Shown here one piece after another: positions 60,932 to 64,000 of a stretch of 64,000 bases of DNA. The notes under the pieces were generated by a model that worked only from the letters and a program-made list of their open reading frames with translations, did no database searches and was not told where the DNA came from. Positions within the stretch are counted from its first letter, which is position 1. Every line of letters starts with the position of its first letter. The position numbers and the translations under genes are program-made. This DNA comes from Amoebidium appalachense (lineage: Eukaryota; Protista; Ichthyosporea), in contig CAVNZM010000002.1 of NCBI GenBank assembly GCA_963693365.1, forward strand, positions 992,001-1,056,000, read 5' to 3'.

Positions 60932-61892
60932 AAGGGAGCAAGCGAGAGAGATAGAGAAAGAGGGGGGGGGAGGGGGGGAGGGGAGGGGCGGGGGGGGGGA
61001 GGGGAGGGGGAGGGGGGAGAGAGAGCTTCGACTAAACAACACAACATGCCTCAAAAACAAAACCCTCGTCACCACTAACCACTCATCCCCTTTTCACGTC
61101 CCCCAGCCACAGCCCTGTCGTTCCCTTACCCTTCCTTCTTTCCCCACCCACCTCCGTCCCTTCCCCCCTCCTAAATAAGGGATACAGAAACAGGCACGTG
61201 CACACAGGCGCACACACGCACACAGAGTTGCACACCAGTCACCAAAGCAACTTCCTATCTTCCAACACCCCTCCAACCACAACAACACTCACACACCTCC
61301 ACTCAGCATCTGCGTGCACTACATGCGCTGCACACAACAGCACGGAACAAACTACCCCCGCCCACCTCTCTCTGCGTTGTACTCATCATCCTCGTATTCT
61401 TCCTCGTCACTCCCCTCCTCGACCTCCTCCTCAAAGAACATGGACGCCTTGGGCCTCTTTCTGCTCTTACTCCTCTCTCTCTCGTCTTCATCATCGTCCT
61501 CTTCATCTTCCTCTTCCTCCTCATCGTCCTCCTCCTATCCCGTCCACACATAAGAGCTCGCATGACCAAATATGTAAAGAGCAAGCCTAAAATAGCCTTC
61601 CCTTCCACCCCAAAATACAACACTTGTAGCCTATCCATACCAGACCACATCACTTCGCGGGCAGGCAACAAACACCTTCACACAGCACAGATAAACATGC
61701 CTAACCAATACCACAAAACCGTCACTCCGATTCACCCTTTTTTTTCGCAAATACAGACCACAAAGCACCGTTACGGGTAACATTTCCCTTTTCTCCGCAC
61801 ATGTTCACCCCTCATCCTACCTCCTCTTCGTCGTCTTCTTCCTCCTCTACATCGTCATTCCGGTTATCATCTTCGTCCGAAGACCGACCCAT
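44874..61892 (-). CDS. SPT5: Transcription elongation factor SPT5 (DSIF large subunit), 29 coding exons by manual splicing
   Basis: Acidic N-terminus (61892-61821, 61534-61366). NGN domain (DPKLWMVKC at 60047-59913; [14 protein letters not shown]...[15 protein letters not shown] at 59290-59135). KOW motifs ([25 protein letters not shown]; [24 protein letters not shown]). CTR repeats (GSRTP, GSQTPAY, YNPTTPG). Last exon 45029-44874 ends [11 protein letters not shown]. All introns read as GT-AG. Confidence 0.95.
51680..52296. mobile_element. MITE-like non-autonomous DNA element in an SPT5 intron, ~617 bp
   Basis: Perfect 17-bp terminal IR ATAGATGTGTCCGCGGC (51680-51696 / 52280-52296) and a 17/19 subterminal IR (51715-51733 / 52232-52250). 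The AT-rich, microsatellite-free interior differs from host introns. Only TA is possible as a TSD. Confidence 0.65.
53815..54581. repeat. Compound minisatellite: 8 copies of a ~61-bp unit, each followed by a variable (TA)n tract
   Basis: Unit TACCCTAGTTTCTGAGCCTACTCTTTCTGTCCTGCTTTCTTTTAATCTCTTYATCAGCATC, within the SPT5 intron 53474-54970. Confidence 0.9.
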
Positions 61893-62913
61893 TGTGTCTG
61901 TATTCCTGCCTAGCAGTAGTGAATCAAGAAACCTTTTTCAACGTGTCAGTAACCTAAAAGCAAAGGGTAAACTTTCGCTTGAAGTGACAAAGAAGAGCGC
62001 ACCGAGTGAACTGTTACGTAAGACGAAGGGGAGCAGCTTTTTGACCTTGAGTCGACAATCGCGGCGCGGAAAGTGATTGGTTCTCAAAAAATACATTTAC
62101 CATATAAAGTCATTTATATGCTGTTTTGATTGGATTTTCTTTGACTGTAACTTTACTATGGCCAGCCGTGGTCCGTGGCACACTTCAGCAGTGCAGCGCC
62201 TGTGCCACCTGGTGATGTTTATGCACGTACGCGTGATATGCCTAGCAAATCGATCTCCCTCAATTCATGAAAACAGAGTGTCGCCCCCACGTCACAAACT
62301 CGTTTCGCGGCCTACAGGCACGCTCACCATGGCCACTTGTCAATCACACCAGGCCTCTTGTACACAGCACTCAGGTATTTTTGTAGGCTAGGCTAAAGAG
62401 GAGGCCTTGCAAGCCATCTTCACCCTCAGCCTGACATAAGCCAAAACTGATAAGACACCGAGCGTTGGAAGCCTAAAGAACACCTCTGCATCTCTGTTTT
62501 GTGGGGCCAGCCCAACGTTCTATTCTGGCCCACAAGAGCACGATTCTTATCATACATCTTAACTTGTAGTGATACTATTCCGCAAGGAAAGCTATAAACA
62601 GCAGTGCCCATGGCCAAAAGACACAAGGCTCAGTCTATCAGGCCATAGCAGCTATATAATCACTACTTCTAAACACTTTCATTTATATTTAGCCATATAT
62701 ATATGCAGCTCCGAGGAGCAGTAAATAGATCAATCCTTCCAAACACCTACAGAACTTGAACGGTCTTGAACCATCTAGTTCAAGACCAGAGAAAGCATTA
62801 CGTGAATATATATCCATCCCCAATACCCTGCTCCCTTCAGACCACTGCTTCACCAAGGAACCACACAGACCATAAGCAGCCAATCACAACATTTCGTCAA
62901 GCCAACAACCTCC

Positions 62914-63294
62914 TCACACGTTGGCGTCTTGCGGTTTGCGGACGTCCAGCTCACGTTCCTGTAATCAAGCAACAGCTCAAAGTTAGAATGTTCAAAGATA
63001 TCGGATGGTGAGCAGGCAAATACCTACTCACACAATGTCCCCATCCTGAAAGGGCCTAAAGTCGAAACAGGAAAAGCGTTCTGAAAGGGTTTAACGGAAA
63101 GCTCAACTTGAGGGCTACATGGAAAAAGAGGGATACTTCACCTGCTGGGACTGGAGGCAGGCCTGGAACATGCAGTAGATTAGGTCGAGAATCCAGTCAA
63201 GGTCGCCCGGGATATCGATGAAGAAAGACAGGATGCAGCGGACCCAGCCGACGATGCAGGCGCACCAGATCATGCAGTTCTCGAGCCAGGTGTT
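62914..63294 (-). CDS. Last two exons of a Cys-rich PLAC8-like membrane protein (5' part beyond the window)
   Basis: Exon 63294-63142 NTWLENCMIWCACIVGWVRCILSFFIDIPGDLDWILDLIYCMFQACLQSQQ and exon 62958-62914 ERELDVRKPQDANV*. GT-AG phase-0 join; C-x-Q-x-Q-x-x-R-E-L ending resembles PLAC8-family C-termini. Confidence 0.6.
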
Positions 63295-64000
63295 CTAAAA
63301 ATAAAGACATGAGTCAGAATGCCCTACCCCCCCCACCCACCCCCACCACCCCCACTCCCTCCGCCAGCACCACCTCCAACACACACACACCTATGCAACC
63401 CCCCCCCCCCCCCCCCCTCCCCCCTTCAAGAAAAACGAATACTCAAAGGAATTGTTGTTAAGGCGGAGGTGATATAGGGAGCCCTAATTCACAGAGTAGT
63501 GGTCAAGTTGATTTAAAGGGAGAGAAGGGGAGAGTTGGGGGAGGGGGCCGGGGGGGGGGGAGCAACTCATTCATGCCCAATCAAAGTCGTTAACGGTCCA
63601 TCACTGGGGGGTACTTCAATCTCTCTCTCTCTCTCTCCCCCCCCCCCCCCCTCCCCCTCCCCCCCGTTTCCCTGCACACACACATCCCACCACCACCGCG
63701 ACCACAGGCAAGAGGGAGGGTTAAAAAAACAAAAATCTTTGCTTTTGCTATGCGAAAGCCCCAAGTGAGCAAGCAGCCAGAAAAGTGGGGGAACAAAAGT
63801 GGGGGGACAGGAAGGTGACCGGGAGGGGGGTCTGTTATGATCCTTGTTTGTATTTGCAACAGTCACAAATAAGACCCAGCCCCTTCAAAAGGGGGGAGGG
63901 GAAGGGGGCGGGGGGGAAGGTTGCAAGTGTCACTACTGATGTTTACACAGATAACAAACAGGAGGGTCATGCAGACATCGGCGCACTAGAGGTGTAGGAC

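Overview
Eukaryotic genomic DNA, most likely from a unicellular holozoan (inference from animal-like Galpha-s, Tiam-like RhoGEF and GLUT-like genes plus microsatellite-filled introns; the species cannot be named from sequence). Almost all ORF-track entries are translated (CA)n/(GT)n/poly-C/poly-G noise. Manual splicing recovers ten protein-coding genes: a 5'-partial Galpha-s-like subunit (+), mitochondrial bL21m (-) head-to-head with cytosolic eL19 (+), an RBD-PDZ-DH-PH Tiam-like RhoGEF (-), an intronless block (BTB protein, two convergent amino-acid permease paralogs, a GLUT-like sugar porter), a 29-exon SPT5 (-), and the 3' end of a PLAC8-like gene (-). The strongest non-genic signal is a 1,142-bp miniature non-coding LTR retrotransposon (TRIM-like). 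It has two identical 417-bp LTRs, a primer-binding site matching the internal anticodon arm of initiator tRNA-Met (copia/Ty5-type half-tRNA priming), and it sits inside a poly-C tract. Other signals: introns whose acceptors are (CA)n-CAG with (GT)n near the donor, a 9-nt microexon candidate, a ~620-bp palindrome, a MITE-like insert with nested inverted repeats, a 61-bp + (TA)n compound satellite and a candidate intronic C/D snoRNA. Four frameshifts all fall in G/C homopolymers and are probably assembly errors.
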